Shown here: in pieces, positions 10,042-22,351 of the stretch | Layout of the letters: every line of letters begins with the position of its first letter | Position numbering within the stretch: the first letter of the stretch is position 1 | Assembly: GCA_963814375.1 (NCBI GenBank) | Contig: CAWFCQ010000008.1 | Span: 64,001-128,000, forward strand | From: an uncultured Chloroflexia bacterium | GTDB taxonomy: Bacteria; Chloroflexota; Limnocylindria; QHBO01 | DNA: 64,000 bases | Direction of reading: 5' to 3' | Position numbers and translations under genes: made by a program | The notes under the pieces: model-generated | The model's database searches: none | Seen by the model: only the letters and a program-made list of their open reading frames with translations | What the model was told of the DNA's origin: nothing

Positions 10042-12002
10042 CGCGCACGTCCGCCGAGCGGCTGGGGCCGACGACCGAGAGCTCGGGCCAGGGTTCGGCG
10101 CGTTGGTCGATGGAAGAGCAGCCACTCGACCGCAAGCAGCACGAGGACGGCGAGCGCGATCGGCCACCACCACTCGGCGCGCGACGGCTGCGCCGGCCCC
10201 TCCGCGGCACCGCCGACGCGGCCCATCTCGATGATGCGCTGCGGATCGCCGGGCGCGACATCGGACTCATCGGCACTGAACAGGTTGACCGCCGTCGCGC
10301 CGAGGTCCGCGGCCTGGAGCTCCGGATCGTCGCTGACCGCGTGGACGGATCGGAAGCCGATGAACTCGGCGCCGGGCAGTGTCAGGACACCGCCCACCAC
10401 CGGCAGCTCGATGCCGACGCTCGACGACCCGGGAAGGTCGGTGGAGCCGGTCGTCACGACCAGCGCCCGCTCGATCCGCGGATCGACGTTGATCCGGAGT
10501 GACTGTCCGAGCCGCATCGACGAGGGCAGGAGCCCTTCGCCGGCCGGGAGCAGGTAGTCGACCAGGTTGCTCATGAGCAGCGGGAAGGCGACCTGGAGGG
10601 GCAGGTCGGACTCGCCGAGGTCGAACCCGATGAGGGCATGGCGCCTCCCGTCCGCCTCGCCGACCCCGACGAGCGGATTGCCCGCCGGCGTGCCCACGAC
10701 GCTGCGCAGCCCGGCCGCCGGCTCGATCTCGCGGGCGCGGCCGATGTGCACGGTCGTCAGATCGACGAAACGAAGCAGCGGCTCCTCCGGATCGACCCGG
10801 TCGATGAGCGGGCCGTTGATGCGACCGGTGACCGCCCCGAACGGCCCGTCCTCGCCCGGGTCGATGTAGAGGGCCGGTCCCGGCGGCGGCTCGGCCGAAA
10901 CGACGCCGTCGAAGATGAAGAGGCCATAGGGAGCGCCTTCCTCCTCGGCCCCCTGGAGTGCATCGGCGTATCCGGCTTCGTCCACGGCGTACAGCTCGAG
11001 GCGCGGGAGCAGGGCAAGGGCGTTCTCGAGATAGGCGCTGCCGTCGCCGACCAGCAGCGCGCGAGTCGTCTCCTCGGCCGGGACGATGGCGAAGGCGCGG
11101 TCGTCCGTCGCGAGTGCGTCGGATCCGGCGAGGCGCGCCTCTACACGCAGGGCGCCCGGCGGGACCGTGGTGATGAGAGCCTCCGAACGCTGGCCGGCCG
11201 GGACGTCGAGCTCGCGCGCGTCGACCAGCGCCCCGTCGGCATAGATCTCGAGGCGGCGCGTCGCATCGGCCGCAGACGGGTTGGCGACCGCGACGAAGAG
11301 GTCGAGCTGCGCGCCGCCCGCCCGGCGCAGCGCCGATAGCGCCGCGATCGCCTGGTTCGCATCGCTCGCGCCGACCTGCTCGACCACGACGCGAGTGCCG
11401 ATCCCCACCTCGGGCAGCTCGTCGCCGGCCGCATCGGTGACGACCACGACGGTGGAGTCGGTGTCACGCGCCGCCAGGGCCGATGCGAGCGCGAACGCAT
11501 CGGTCAGGTCGCCGGGCACCTGGCTGGGGAGGATGCCCTCGATCGCCTCGAGGGCCGCATCGCGGTCGTCCGTCTCGCTGACCAGGACATTGGCGCTGCC
11601 CGCGGCCGCCACCACCGTCACGCGTCCGCCGTCGGGGAGCCGCCCGACCACATCCGCCGCTCGCTCACGGGCGAGCGCCATGCGATCCTCGTCCTCGATG
11701 GCGGTCGCCATCCCGGCGCTCGTGTCGACGATGAGCACGACGTTCGCCGCCAGATCGGAGACCGTGGCCGTGAACGGCCGGACCGCGGCTGCGACCACGA
11801 GCGCCGCGATGAGGAGCTGCACCAGCAGCAGCCAGCTGAAGCGCAGCCTCTGCCACGGCGCGTTGGCCTCCACGTCGCGCACGAGCTGCTGCCACAGGAA
11901 GGTCGAGCCGACCGGGTAGTCGCGGCGGCGGAGCCGCAGCATGTAGAAGGCGACGATGATCGGCAGGCCGATGAGGCCGATCAGGGCCAGCGGGGCGATC
12001 AC
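10038..12002 (-). CDS. BatA-domain/VWA membrane protein
   Basis: PIIVAFYMLRLRR...STFLW, ANAPWQRLR, VLIVDTSAGM; C-terminal TM. Confidence 0.85.
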   Translation of the reverse strand: MIAPLALIGLIGLPIIVAFYMLRLRRRDYPVGSTFLWQQLVRDVEANAPWQRLRFSWLLLVQLLIAALVVAAAVRPFTATVSDLAANVVLIVDTSAGMATAIEDEDRMALARERAADVVGRLPDGGRVTVVAAAGSANVLVSETDDRDAALEAIEGILPSQVPGDLTDAFALASALAARDTDSTVVVVTDAAGDELPEVGIGTRVVVEQVGASDANQAIAALSALRRAGGAQLDLFVAVANPSAADATRRLEIYADGALVDARELDVPAGQRSEALITTVPPGALRVEARLAGSDALATDDRAFAIVPAEETTRALLVGDGSAYLENALALLPRLELYAVDEAGYADALQGAEEEGAPYGLFIFDGVVSAEPPPGPALYIDPGEDGPFGAVTGRINGPLIDRVDPEEPLLRFVDLTTVHIGRAREIEPAAGLRSVVGTPAGNPLVGVGEADGRRHALIGFDLGESDLPLQVAFPLLMSNLVDYLLPAGEGLLPSSMRLGQSLRINVDPRIERALVVTTGSTDLPGSSSVGIELPVVGGVLTLPGAEFIGFRSVHAVSDDPELQAADLGATAVNLFSADESDVAPGDPQRIIEMGRVGGAAEGPAQPSRAEWWWPIALAVLVLLAVEWLLFHRPTRRTLARALGRRPQPLGGRAR

Positions 12003-12891
12003 TCGACCACCCGTCTCCGTCTCAGAACGTCGAAGAGAAGATCTGCCAGGTCGAGGTCGGTGGGGACGGTGACGTAGGCGCCGCCGCGGCGCGAGACGAA
12101 GGCGGCGATCTCGGCCTGCCACTCTGCCAGGCGGTTGCGATAGCGGTCGACGAGGTCGTCGTCGCCGCTCACCTCGACTGCCTGCCCGGTCTCGCTGTCG
12201 ACCAGGCGCGCGTCGGGCGGGACCTCGGGGTCGAGCTCGTCGGGGGCCAGGATGTGCAGCACCGACAGCTGGCACCGCGTTCCCGCCAGGACGCGGAGCG
12301 CGTCGAGGTAGCCCGGATCCATCAGGTCGCTGATCAGCAGAAGAGGGCCCGGTCCCGCGCATCCGTGCGGCGTAGGTCCGCGCCGCCTGGGCGAGACCGG
12401 TCATGCGTTCGCCGCGGGGCTCCGAGAGGAACCGGAAGAGCTCGAGCGCTCGCCGCTTGCCGCGCATCGGGCGCATCGCGCTGGCCGAGCCGTCACCCAG
12501 GAACGCGACGCTGACGCGGTCCATGCTCGCCAGCCCGAGGTAGCCGAGGGCGGCGGCGGCTCGACGGGCCGCATCCAGCTTGTTCGGCTGGCCGTAGTCC
12601 ATGCTGCGGGACGCATCGACGAGGACGTGGACCGTGCACGTCCTCCTCCTCGACGAAGAGCTTGACGAAGAGCCGTTCGAGGCGGGCGTAGGCATTCCAG
12701 TCGAGCTGGCGCAGGTCGTCGCCCGGGGCGTAGTTCCGGTAGTCGGCGAACTCGACGCTCTGCCCGCGGCGGACGCTGCGGCGCTCGCCCTTCATGCGGC
12801 CGGCGGTCAGCCGCCGCGAGGCGAGCTCGATCTGCTCGAGGCGGCGCAGGAAGGCCTCGTCGAAGAGCGGGGCGCGCTCGGTTGCCGTCAC
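11999..12891 (-). CDS. DUF58 family protein (frameshifts near 12640 and 12340)
   Basis: GQSVEFADYRNYAPGDDLRQLDWN, VLVDASRSM, HILAPDELDP across three frames. Confidence 0.85.
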
Positions 12892-13044
12892 GGGCCGCTC
12901 CTCCGCGCGCACGTCCGAGGTGTCAGCGGTCCGGCGTGAGATCGTGACGTCGTCCACCGTGCAGCACGTTGTCACGCGGACCCGTGACGGTTGCGACTGG
13001 CCGCCCGAGCCGCAGTCCAGCCTTCGCCAGGACGCCATGGCCCC

Positions 13045-14075
<1,031 letters not shown>

Positions 14076-14079
<4 letters not shown>

Positions 14080-15917
14080 TCCGTTGGCTCGAGTCGTGAG
14101 AAGTAGTCGCGCACGAAGTCCTTGAGCGTGATCGGCACCTGCTGCCGGTCGAGTGCCGACTGTGCGTAGTCGTTGAAGAGATCGAAGACGGACCGATACG
14201 GGACGACGCTGTCGTTGTCGAAGCCCACCCCGGATCCGGATCCGGTCTGATCGTTGCCGCCGTTGCCGCCGCCTCCGGCGATGAAGTCCGGCTCGCCCGG
14301 CCGGCCGAAGCGGTCGAAGTCGGTCAGGACGCTGCCGTCATCGTCCGTCTCGAATCCCTGGTTGCCCTGGCTCGGTCCGTCGAAGCCGCCGGTGCGGAGG
14401 CCGCCGCCCGGGATTCGCCGCACGGTCGTGCCGCCGCCACCGCCCGGCTGCTGACCAGCCGGCGCCGGGCTGGTTGCCCGGTTGATTGCCGGGCTGGTTC
14501 CCCGGTTGATTTCCAGGCTGGTTGCCGGGCTGGTTCCCCGGTTGGTTCCCGGGCTGGTTCCCGGCTGGTTCCCCGGCTGACCCGACGCGCCCGGCTGACC
14601 CGACGCGCCCGGCTGACCCGACGCGCCCGGCTGACCCGATCCGCCCGGCTGACCCGACCCAGCGGGCTGACCCGACCCAGCGGGCTGACCTGACGCGCCG
14701 GGCTGACCCGTGCTCGAGCCCGTCGGCTGGCCCGCGCGAGCGACCTGGCGCGCTCCATCCTGGAGGGCGGACTGAGCGCCGGCGACGTCGCGCTGGAGCT
14801 GGCGATCACGCTCTGCCTCGCGCACGGCATCGGCGGCTCGATCGAGGGCCTCGGCTGCGGCCTGGCGGTCCTCCTCCGATCCGGAACGCGCGGCCGCATC
14901 GAGCGCATCGGCGGCTTCGGCAAGGGCGCGAGCGGCCTGCGGCTGCGAGGCTGCGCCGGCCTGGGCCGCCCGGCGCAGCTCGTCCGCTCGGGCCGACGCC
15001 TGCTCCTGGCTCATCGAGCCGGCCTGCTCGGCGAGCTCCTCGAGGTCACGCGCCGTCTCCTCCGGATCGCCTTCGGGGTTGGCCTCCTCGTCGTCGGTCG
15101 CGGCCCGCGACGCGGAGCGGGCGAGCTGGCTCAAGCCTGCATCGCGCTCGGCAGCCCGGGGATCGGTCATGCGCGAAAGCTCCTCCTGCACCGATCCGAT
15201 GCGCGCCAGCGTCGCCTCCCGGTCGGCGCCCTGCTCGCGCAGCTGGCGGGCGAGCTCGCGCAGCTGGCGCTCGAGCTCCTCGCGCCGTGGATCGGGGTTG
15301 TCGACATTCTCCTCGCCGACCTCGTCGGCGACATCCTCGACGCGCTCTGCCACGCGCTCGGCTGCTTCACGCGCCGCCCGCCGCTGGGCCACCACGTCGT
15401 CCTGCGGATTCGGCCACGCGACGAGTAGCAGCGTCATCGCCAGCCCGGCGCCGATGACTGCCATCGGGCGCCGCTGGAGGGCGGGGCGGAAGGCCCGGCG
15501 CAGGTCGACGGCGTTGAGGCGCGCGCGCGCATCGGCGAGCTGGCGGGCTTCGAGCGGGTCGTCGGAGTCGTGCGCCGCCAGCTCCAGTGCCGTTCCCAGC
15601 CGCTGGCGAAGCGAAAGCTCCTCATCTGCTCGACGCGCCGCCTCGACGAGGCTCGGCCGGCGGCGGGCCGTGTCCAGCACCCAGCCGACGATCGCAACGC
15701 CGACAATGCCGAGCTGGATGAGCGGCGCGATCTCCATCGGGAAGGCCCTCGCCAACAGCTGCACCAGCGCGACCGCGAGCACCGCTGCCGCGCCAACGAT
15801 CAGCGCCGAGCGGACGGCGCGACGCCACCAGAGGCGGCGCCGCAGGCTGCGGAGGCGCGCGAGGGCATCCGGTCCGATCCTCTCGGCGACCGCGGCGGCG
15901 ACGAGGCGATCGCTCAT
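14076..15917 (-). CDS. Membrane-anchored coiled-coil protein with G/Q/P-rich linker (DUF4175-like)
   Basis: N-terminal TMs, LRQRLGTALE, coiled coil, C-terminal VPITLKDFVRDYFSRL. Confidence 0.75.
14466..14710. repeat. Coding tandem repeats: 12-bp (GNQP) and 18-bp (GASGQP) units
   Basis: Arrays of gggctggttccc-type and ccggctgacccgacgcgc units. Confidence 0.85.
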
Positions 15918-16957
15918 TGACGGCCCCTGGGTCGTCGGAACGCCCAGCGCATGCCGGCCGGGACGACGAGGCGCATCGCGCCCAGGGTCAGGATCGCCGC
16001 GACGAGGACGAACGTGATCGTGACCCGGGGCCACCAGTAGCCCGATCCGGTCTCGATCGGCACCTGTTGGCAGACGTCACCCTCGCAGATCACCTCACCC
16101 TCACCTGCCGGGTTGCCCCGCAGCTGAGCGAGCATGTCGTTGAGCCCGCCGAAGCCACCGGGCTCCGTCCGGGCCACGACGTCGAGCATGCCGATCACGG
16201 GATTGACGTACAACAGCTGCTCCGGAGCCCGGTCCGGCGGGCCGACCCCGAAGCCTCCCTCGTCGCGGCTGGCGACGACGGTCCAGAAGGTGAAGAGCAT
16301 CGCCGTCCCGAGGGTCAGCGCCAGGACGGTGATGTAGGTGAGCACGGTCGCGGCCTGGGTCCGCTTCAGGAGGGCGGAGTAGAAGAGGCCGATGGCGCCG
16401 AGCACCAGGGCGGTGGCGACGAGCACGATCTGCTGGCGGACGATGTCGCCGATCGTCGCACCGCCGTACATCAGCACGATCGCGGTGATCGGCACGGCCG
16501 CCACGATCATGAGGACCACAAACGCCAGGGCCGCGGTGAGCTTTCCGATGACGATGCCACTGGGACGCATCGGCGTGCTGACGAGCAGGTCGAGCGTCTG
16601 CTTCTCTCGCTCCAGGCTGATCTGCCCCGCGGTGAAGGCCGGGGCGATGAAGCACACCAGGATGAGCTGGAAGATCGAAAGCAACGTGAAGATCGCCTGG
16701 CCGATGAGCGCGGAGGCGCTTGCCTCGCGAATGATCCCGCCACCCCCGAGGGCGTCGCGCGCAGTGGGCGCCACGACGACATACACGCCGTACGTGATGA
16801 GCGCGAGGATGGCGAGGTAGACGGTCAGGACGATGAAGGCGCGCCGGCCGCGCATCCGCGAGCGGAGCTCCTTGACCAGGATGGTGGCGACCGACGAGCC
16901 GAACTCGCGCAGGTTCGAGCGGCGCGCCGGACCCAGGGTCGCGCCGGTCGCGGTCAT
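15914..16957 (-). CDS. ABC transporter permease
   Basis: KELRSRMRG, ISLEREKQTLDLL..TP, IVIGKL; several TMs. Confidence 0.9.
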   Translation of the reverse strand: MTATGATLGPARRSNLREFGSSVATILVKELRSRMRGRRAFIVLTVYLAILALITYGVYVVVAPTARDALGGGGIIREASASALIGQAIFTLLSIFQLILVCFIAPAFTAGQISLEREKQTLDLLVSTPMRPSGIVIGKLTAALAFVVLMIVAAVPITAIVLMYGGATIGDIVRQQIVLVATALVLGAIGLFYSALLKRTQAATVLTYITVLALTLGTAMLFTFWTVVASRDEGGFGVGPPDRAPEQLLYVNPVIGMLDVVARTEPGGFGGLNDMLAQLRGNPAGEGEVICEGDVCQQVPIETGSGYWWPRVTITFVLVAAILTLGAMRLVVPAGMRWAFRRPRGRQ

Positions 16958-17934
16958 GCCGCGGTCTCCTGTTCGAGCTGCCCCGTCACCTTCAGGAAGA
17001 TCTCCTCGAGATCGCTCGTTGCCTGGCTGAACCCGACGACCCGGTGGCCGGCCTCGATCATCGCCCGCAGGAGCTCGGCCTGTGCCTCCGGCGAGCCGTC
17101 GAACGAGGCCTCGATGCGCACCGCGCCATCGGCATTGACGCTGGCCTCAAGGACGTCGGTGACCCGCGCATCGGTTCCGAGCCAAACCTGCGCAGCGGCG
17201 ACGGCTGCCTCGTCGCCGAGGAGATCGATTCGGAGCAGGGCGGTCGCCCGCAGCGAGCGCTCGATCTCGCCGATGCTGCCGGACCGCAGAAGCCGGCCGT
17301 GGTCGATGATGGCGACCCCGGTGCACATCTCACCGAGCTCGGGGAGGATGTGGCTGCTGACCAGGATCGTCTTGCCCATGGCGCGCAGCTCCCGAAGGAT
17401 CTCGCGCATCTCGACCCGCGCCCGCGGGTCAAGGCCCGATGCAGGCTCGTCGAGAATGAGGAGCGCGGGGTCGTGGACGAGGGTGTGCGCCAGGCACAGC
17501 CGCTGACGCATGCCGCGCGACAGGGCTTCGACGTAGGCCTCGCGCTTCTCGGTCAGGCTGACGATCTCGAGCAGCTCCCCGATCATGGTCGCCCGTCGGT
17601 TGGCCGGCACGCCATAGCAGCGCGCGAAGAAGTCGAGGTACTCCCAGACGCGCATGTCGTCGTAGACGCCATAGAAGTCCGGCATGTAGCCGATGCGGCG
17701 GCGTACCTCGAGCGGGTCCGCATCGACGGGGATGCCCGTCACGAACGCCCCACCCGCCGTCGGCGCCAGGAGCGTGGCGAGGATCTTCATGATCGTCGTC
17801 TTGCCGGCCCCGTTCGGCCCGACCAGGCCGTAGATCTCGCCCGCGCCCACGAGCAGGTCGACGCCGGCGACGGCAGTCTCGTCGCCGTAGCGCTTGACCA
17901 GGCCCCGCGTCTCGACGATGGGCGGGCTCGTCAT
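16954..17934 (-). CDS. ABC transporter ATP-binding protein
   Basis: GPNGAGKT, LSRGMRQ, LILDEP, SSH. Confidence 0.95.
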   Translation of the reverse strand: MTSPPIVETRGLVKRYGDETAVAGVDLLVGAGEIYGLVGPNGAGKTTIMKILATLLAPTAGGAFVTGIPVDADPLEVRRRIGYMPDFYGVYDDMRVWEYLDFFARCYGVPANRRATMIGELLEIVSLTEKREAYVEALSRGMRQRLCLAHTLVHDPALLILDEPASGLDPRARVEMREILRELRAMGKTILVSSHILPELGEMCTGVAIIDHGRLLRSGSIGEIERSLRATALLRIDLLGDEAAVAAAQVWLGTDARVTDVLEASVNADGAVRIEASFDGSPEAQAELLRAMIEAGHRVVGFSQATSDLEEIFLKVTGQLEQETAA

Positions 17935-20336
17935 CGGTCGATCACCCCCGACACCTCGGCGGTCACGAAGACGCCCTGCTGCCCGAAGTTCGGGTCGACC
18001 TCCACGCCGGTGATGCGCACCTCGATGCGTCCGGTCGGCCCGAGGGCCGATGGGTCATCGAGCGTGAACCGGTTCTGCCGCCCGAGATCTCCGATCGTGG
18101 TCCAACCGCCGCCGTCGGCATCGCGGACCTCGACGGTCATGCCCTCGGGCCAGAATCCGACGAGCTGTCCGGGATCGGAGAGGACCATCGAGGGATCGGG
18201 ACCGACGATGATCTCCACTTCGTCGGCGGCCAGGCCGACCGCCTCGAGCGGGAGCGAGATGCCGAAAGTCGCGGATCCGTCGCCGATGGAGACCATGCCC
18301 GGACCGTTCAGGGCGGCCGCCCCCGTCGTCTCGAGGATGGCCGTGCCCATCTGGTGGGGAAGGATCGTCACCTCGCCATCGCCGACGATGGGTCGCACGG
18401 CCAGCACCTCGACTTCGTCGACGTGGCGCTGGGCGGTGATGCCGTCCACGATGATGGGCATCGGACCTTCCGCCTCGCGCCAGCCGATGACATATGGCCC
18501 GCGCCCGCCGGATACGCCGAGGTCGACACCCCCGAGCTGGTTCTGCCCGACGAGCGCGTTGATGACCTGCCGGCGCAGCGCGATCCGGCGCTGATCGTCC
18601 GAGCCGCTGTCCAGGCCACCGAACCCGTAGACCTGGTCGGAGGCCGCGGACCCGTTGAAGTTCGTGGAGGGAACGGTGAACTCGGCGCTCGCCCCCGGCT
18701 CGAGATCCCCGATGCGCTCGCCGCCGGAGGCGCTGATGTAGGCCACGTCCGTCAGCGTGGCGTCGGAGATGTTCGTCACCGTGCCGGTCACCTCGCCATC
18801 CTGCCCCACCCAGCTGACCTCCAGCGCCTGCTGCTGCTCGAGGATCGCGCTGGCGTGGACCCCCTCGAAGTCGAAGACGTTGATGGCGAGATCGCGCAGG
18901 TGCGCCGGCTCGCCCTGCTCGACGACGACACTTCCGCTCGCCGTCGGATCGGACGGGGTCAGCATGCGGCCGAGGAGTGCATCGGCCTCGACAGTGAAAT
19001 CGTAGGTGGCGCGGTCGGGCGAGAAAACGCCAGCGTAGGTGTCGACCGTGGCGGCGCTGCCGACCGGCGTCGTTCGCGTCACGGTGATCTGGTTGACCAC
19101 GACGTCGCTGCCCTTCAGCGAGCGGCCGATGCCGTAGGAGCAGGCGCTGAAGAGGACGATCAGGATCGGCGCCGTGACCCAGGCGAGCTCGCGGCGGTCA
19201 ACCCGGCGCAGCACGAGGTAGCTGATCGGGCCGATGAGCAGGATGTAACCGACGATCACGACGAGCAGCAGCTCTGCCGGCGGAACCTCGAGCGCCGGCA
19301 GCGTCTCGAGCGCCCCGGTCATCGCCGATGTGATCTCGTCCTGGCGGGGGACGCCGGCACCCCAGAACTGCTCGAGGAGGGCATCCGTCGGGAGGATGCG
19401 CGCCCAGAAGCCGGGCGCTCCATCCCAGGCGCGGTAGGCGGGGGTGGCCATGTCGCCGCCGATGAGGACGACGCGGCCGCCCCCCAACGGACGCATCGAG
19501 GCGAGGACAGTGCCGTCGTCCGCCGTGATCAGCGCGCGGGCCTCCGCACCGAGCGTCCCGGACGAGACCGTTTCCGCCTCGACCGCTCCGTCGCCGGCGC
19601 CGGCCCATTCGGCCACCGGGTCCCCGGAGACGTCATCGACGCTGGCCAGCGTGCTCATCGGCAGCAGGTCGGTGAAGGCGGCCGTCCGCGCCTGCCAGTC
19701 CGGCCCGCCCATCACGACCAGCCGTCCACCGTCCGTCACCCAGCGCTCGATGCTGCGGCGCTGCGCCTCGGTCAACGCCGAGCTGTCGCCGGCCCAGATG
19801 ATGGTGGCAAGCCCGCCCAGCGGTTCGGGTCGCTCCGGAATGTCAGCCGGGCCCAGAATGATCGGCTCGGGGGCATCGAGGCCCGTCGAGCTGGCCAGCT
19901 GGGGGCGCAGGGTGCCGGTGGCGTCTCCGACGACAGCGACCTGGTCGTTCGACTGCTCGAGCACGCTGATGGCGACGGTGCTGCTGACCTGACCGTTCGG
20001 CTCGTCGTAGGCGATCGTCAGCTCACGCTGGAAGGCCTCGGGCTGCACGTAGAGCGGCACCACCTTGCGGGCGCCGGACGGAAGGTCGACGAAGCGTCGG
20101 ACTGTTCCGATGCTGGTCGTCGTCGACAGGTAGCCTTCCGTCGGCGCACCCTCGTTGACGAGGGTCACCGACACTGCCATCCAGCCGCTGACCTCGTACC
20201 GTCCGCCAACAAGGGCGCGCGTCTCGATCTGCACGGAGCTGGCGGCGTGGGCAGGCGTCGCGCCGACCAGGAGCGCGATCACGGCGGCGAGCACGGCGGC
20301 GTGCACGATGCGGTGGGGAGCGGCCAGCTTCGTCAT
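17931..20336 (-). CDS. Large membrane/secreted protein, first gene of the MoxR-ABC operon
   Basis: Signal peptide, WVTDGGRLVVMGG, central TM pair YILLIGPISYLVL/AWVTAP. Confidence 0.75.
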   Translation of the reverse strand: MTKLAAPHRIVHAAVLAAVIALLVGATPAHAASSVQIETRALVGGRYEVSGWMAVSVTLVNEGAPTEGYLSTTTSIGTVRRFVDLPSGARKVVPLYVQPEAFQRELTIAYDEPNGQVSSTVAISVLEQSNDQVAVVGDATGTLRPQLASSTGLDAPEPIILGPADIPERPEPLGGLATIIWAGDSSALTEAQRRSIERWVTDGGRLVVMGGPDWQARTAAFTDLLPMSTLASVDDVSGDPVAEWAGAGDGAVEAETVSSGTLGAEARALITADDGTVLASMRPLGGGRVVLIGGDMATPAYRAWDGAPGFWARILPTDALLEQFWGAGVPRQDEITSAMTGALETLPALEVPPAELLLVVIVGYILLIGPISYLVLRRVDRRELAWVTAPILIVLFSACSYGIGRSLKGSDVVVNQITVTRTTPVGSAATVDTYAGVFSPDRATYDFTVEADALLGRMLTPSDPTASGSVVVEQGEPAHLRDLAINVFDFEGVHASAILEQQQALEVSWVGQDGEVTGTVTNISDATLTDVAYISASGGERIGDLEPGASAEFTVPSTNFNGSAASDQVYGFGGLDSGSDDQRRIALRRQVINALVGQNQLGGVDLGVSGGRGPYVIGWREAEGPMPIIVDGITAQRHVDEVEVLAVRPIVGDGEVTILPHQMGTAILETTGAAALNGPGMVSIGDGSATFGISLPLEAVGLAADEVEIIVGPDPSMVLSDPGQLVGFWPEGMTVEVRDADGGGWTTIGDLGRQNRFTLDDPSALGPTGRIEVRITGVEVDPNFGQQGVFVTAEVSGVIDR

Positions 20337-20452
20337 CCTCCCTGCTCTGATCGTGCCGTGCGGTCCGCGGTCCAACGGTAGACGCGGCTGATGGCGGCGG
20401 AGTTGCATGCCGGATCGTTGGCCGCGCACGAGTGTAGAGTGCATCGCGCCCG

Positions 20453-22351
20453 ATGGAAGCCTTGTCGGACGGACGTCACGAGCTCGAGCGGCACTTCGAG
20501 CGCCAGATGCGTGCCCAGGAGCGGCAGCTCGCCTGGGTCCGGCTCGGCCTCGTCGCGCTCGGCGTCGCCGTCATCCTGATCGTCCCCGACGTGGCGGGAG
20601 CGGCGGTTCTCCTCGGCGTTCTCGGCATGGTCGCCGCGTGGAGCCTCGCGGTGCCGTGGCTGCTGCGGCGGTTCCCCGCCCGGGAAGTCGGCATCGTCAG
20701 CACCGGTGTCGAGATGGCCGCGGTCACCATCGCGGTCTACGTCGCGACCGATGCGCCCGACCTCTATCTCCTCTACGGGCTCGTCATCCTCGGCGCCGCC
20801 CTTCGGTTCGGGCTCGGCGCATCGGTCTGGTCGTCGCTGGTCATGAGCGCCATGTACCTGGCGGTCGTGATCCTGCCCGGCGGTGTGCAGGCGTCTGAAG
20901 TCGAGTCGCTTCCCATCCAGGTCGGCTACCTCGTTGGCTTCGGCGTCGTCGCGGGGCTGTTCAGCCGCATCGTCATCGGTCGGGCGACCGAGAATGCCCA
21001 GCTCCAGGCCCGGCTGGACGAGGAGGAGCGCGAGCTCGAGCGCACACGCGAGCGAGAGCTCCTGAGCCGCCTCGGCCGGGACTTCAACGAGTCGCTCGAG
21101 CGTGGCGCCGTGCTCGAGGCGGTCGCCAACGGCGCAGGCCCGCTGCTGGGTGGCGCGACGATGGTGTTCACCGTCACCGATACCGATCGGCGGCTGTTCG
21201 CCGCCGCCGGGTCCGGCCCGGATCCGCAGCTGGTCGACTCGTGGCTCGCCTTCGTGCGCGGCCGGCCGCCACGTCTCGGCGAAGGGTTGGTCGGGTCGGT
21301 GGCGGCGACCGCGGCCGGGCGGCAGGCCCACGCGGCCGAGATCGAAACCGGCGACCCGGACGGGATGCGCGCGCTCGGGATGGATTGGCTGATCGCCGTC
21401 CCGATCCTCGCGGGTGGGCGGCTGCACGGCGTCCTCGCCACGAGCGGCGGGCAGGACCGGCCGCTGGCGGATGGGACGCGGCGCATGGCGGAAGCCGTGG
21501 CGGACCGCGCCGGGCCCGCGCTCCAGAACGCGCAGCTGTGGTCCGACCTCCAGGAGCGGATGGCGCGTGAGCAGGCGGCGCAGCGCATCAAGGACGACTT
21601 CCTCTCGATCGTGAGCCACGAGCTGCGAACCCCGCTCACCAGCATCCAGGGCTACTCGCAGCTGCTCGAGGGCCGGCTGCGCGGCGAGCACCACGGTGAG
21701 AGCAAGGAGATGGCGCACCTTCGCGTGATCCGTTCGCAGGTCGGCAGGATGCGACGCCTCGTCGACGACCTGCTCGACGTCAGCCGTATCGACCGGCGCG
21801 GCGCGGTCAGCATCGAGCCGGTCGACTTCGATCTGGCCGAGGAGGTGCGCGGGGCGGCCGTCCGGATCGGGCGCGAGCACAGCGATCGGCTCATCGCCGT
21901 CGTCGCCGACTCCTCGATACCCGTTCACGCCGATCGCGACCGCATCGACCAGGTACTCACCAACCTGCTAGAGAACGCGGTGAAGTACTCGCCGGATGGC
22001 GGGCCGATCCGCGTCAGCGCCGAGCGTCGTGGCGGCGAGGTCGAAGTGCGGGTCGCCGATACCGGGGTCGGCATCCCGCCCGATCGACGCGAAAACGTCT
22101 TCGAGCGCTTCTACCAGGCCGATGGCGACGCCGGCCGGCGTCGCTTCGGCGGGCTCGGACTGGGGCTCTACATCAGCCGCGCCATCATCGACGCCCACGG
22201 CGGGCGGATCTGGGCGACGGAGAACACCGAGGCCGAGAGCGGCTCGGTCTTCGGGTTCCGAATACCGCGCGTGGCCATGCCGCTGGCCCCGGCCGGGATC
22301 GCCCCGACCGGTGAGCCGCCCCCGTTCGTCATGCGCAGCCGCGACGGCTGA
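20453..22351 (+). CDS. Membrane sensor histidine kinase with GAF domain
   Basis: SHELRTPL H-box, NLLENAVKYS, DTGVGI, GLGLGL. Confidence 0.95.
   Translation: MEALSDGRHELERHFERQMRAQERQLAWVRLGLVALGVAVILIVPDVAGAAVLLGVLGMVAAWSLAVPWLLRRFPAREVGIVSTGVEMAAVTIAVYVATDAPDLYLLYGLVILGAALRFGLGASVWSSLVMSAMYLAVVILPGGVQASEVESLPIQVGYLVGFGVVAGLFSRIVIGRATENAQLQARLDEEERELERTRERELLSRLGRDFNESLERGAVLEAVANGAGPLLGGATMVFTVTDTDRRLFAAAGSGPDPQLVDSWLAFVRGRPPRLGEGLVGSVAATAAGRQAHAAEIETGDPDGMRALGMDWLIAVPILAGGRLHGVLATSGGQDRPLADGTRRMAEAVADRAGPALQNAQLWSDLQERMAREQAAQRIKDDFLSIVSHELRTPLTSIQGYSQLLEGRLRGEHHGESKEMAHLRVIRSQVGRMRRLVDDLLDVSRIDRRGAVSIEPVDFDLAEEVRGAAVRIGREHSDRLIAVVADSSIPVHADRDRIDQVLTNLLENAVKYSPDGGPIRVSAERRGGEVEVRVADTGVGIPPDRRENVFERFYQADGDAGRRRFGGLGLGLYISRAIIDAHGGRIWATENTEAESGSVFGFRIPRVAMPLAPAGIAPTGEPPPFVMRSRDG

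Noticed and set aside
6703-10557. 1284-aa plus-strand ORF and many similar long ORFs (e.g. 18354-20381, 47602-49779)
   Set aside because: Antisense shadows of real genes in high-GC DNA; Arg/Gly-rich with no motifs
14466-14710. Short repeats as CRISPR or iterons
   Set aside because: Periods are multiples of 3 inside a CDS; no unique spacers
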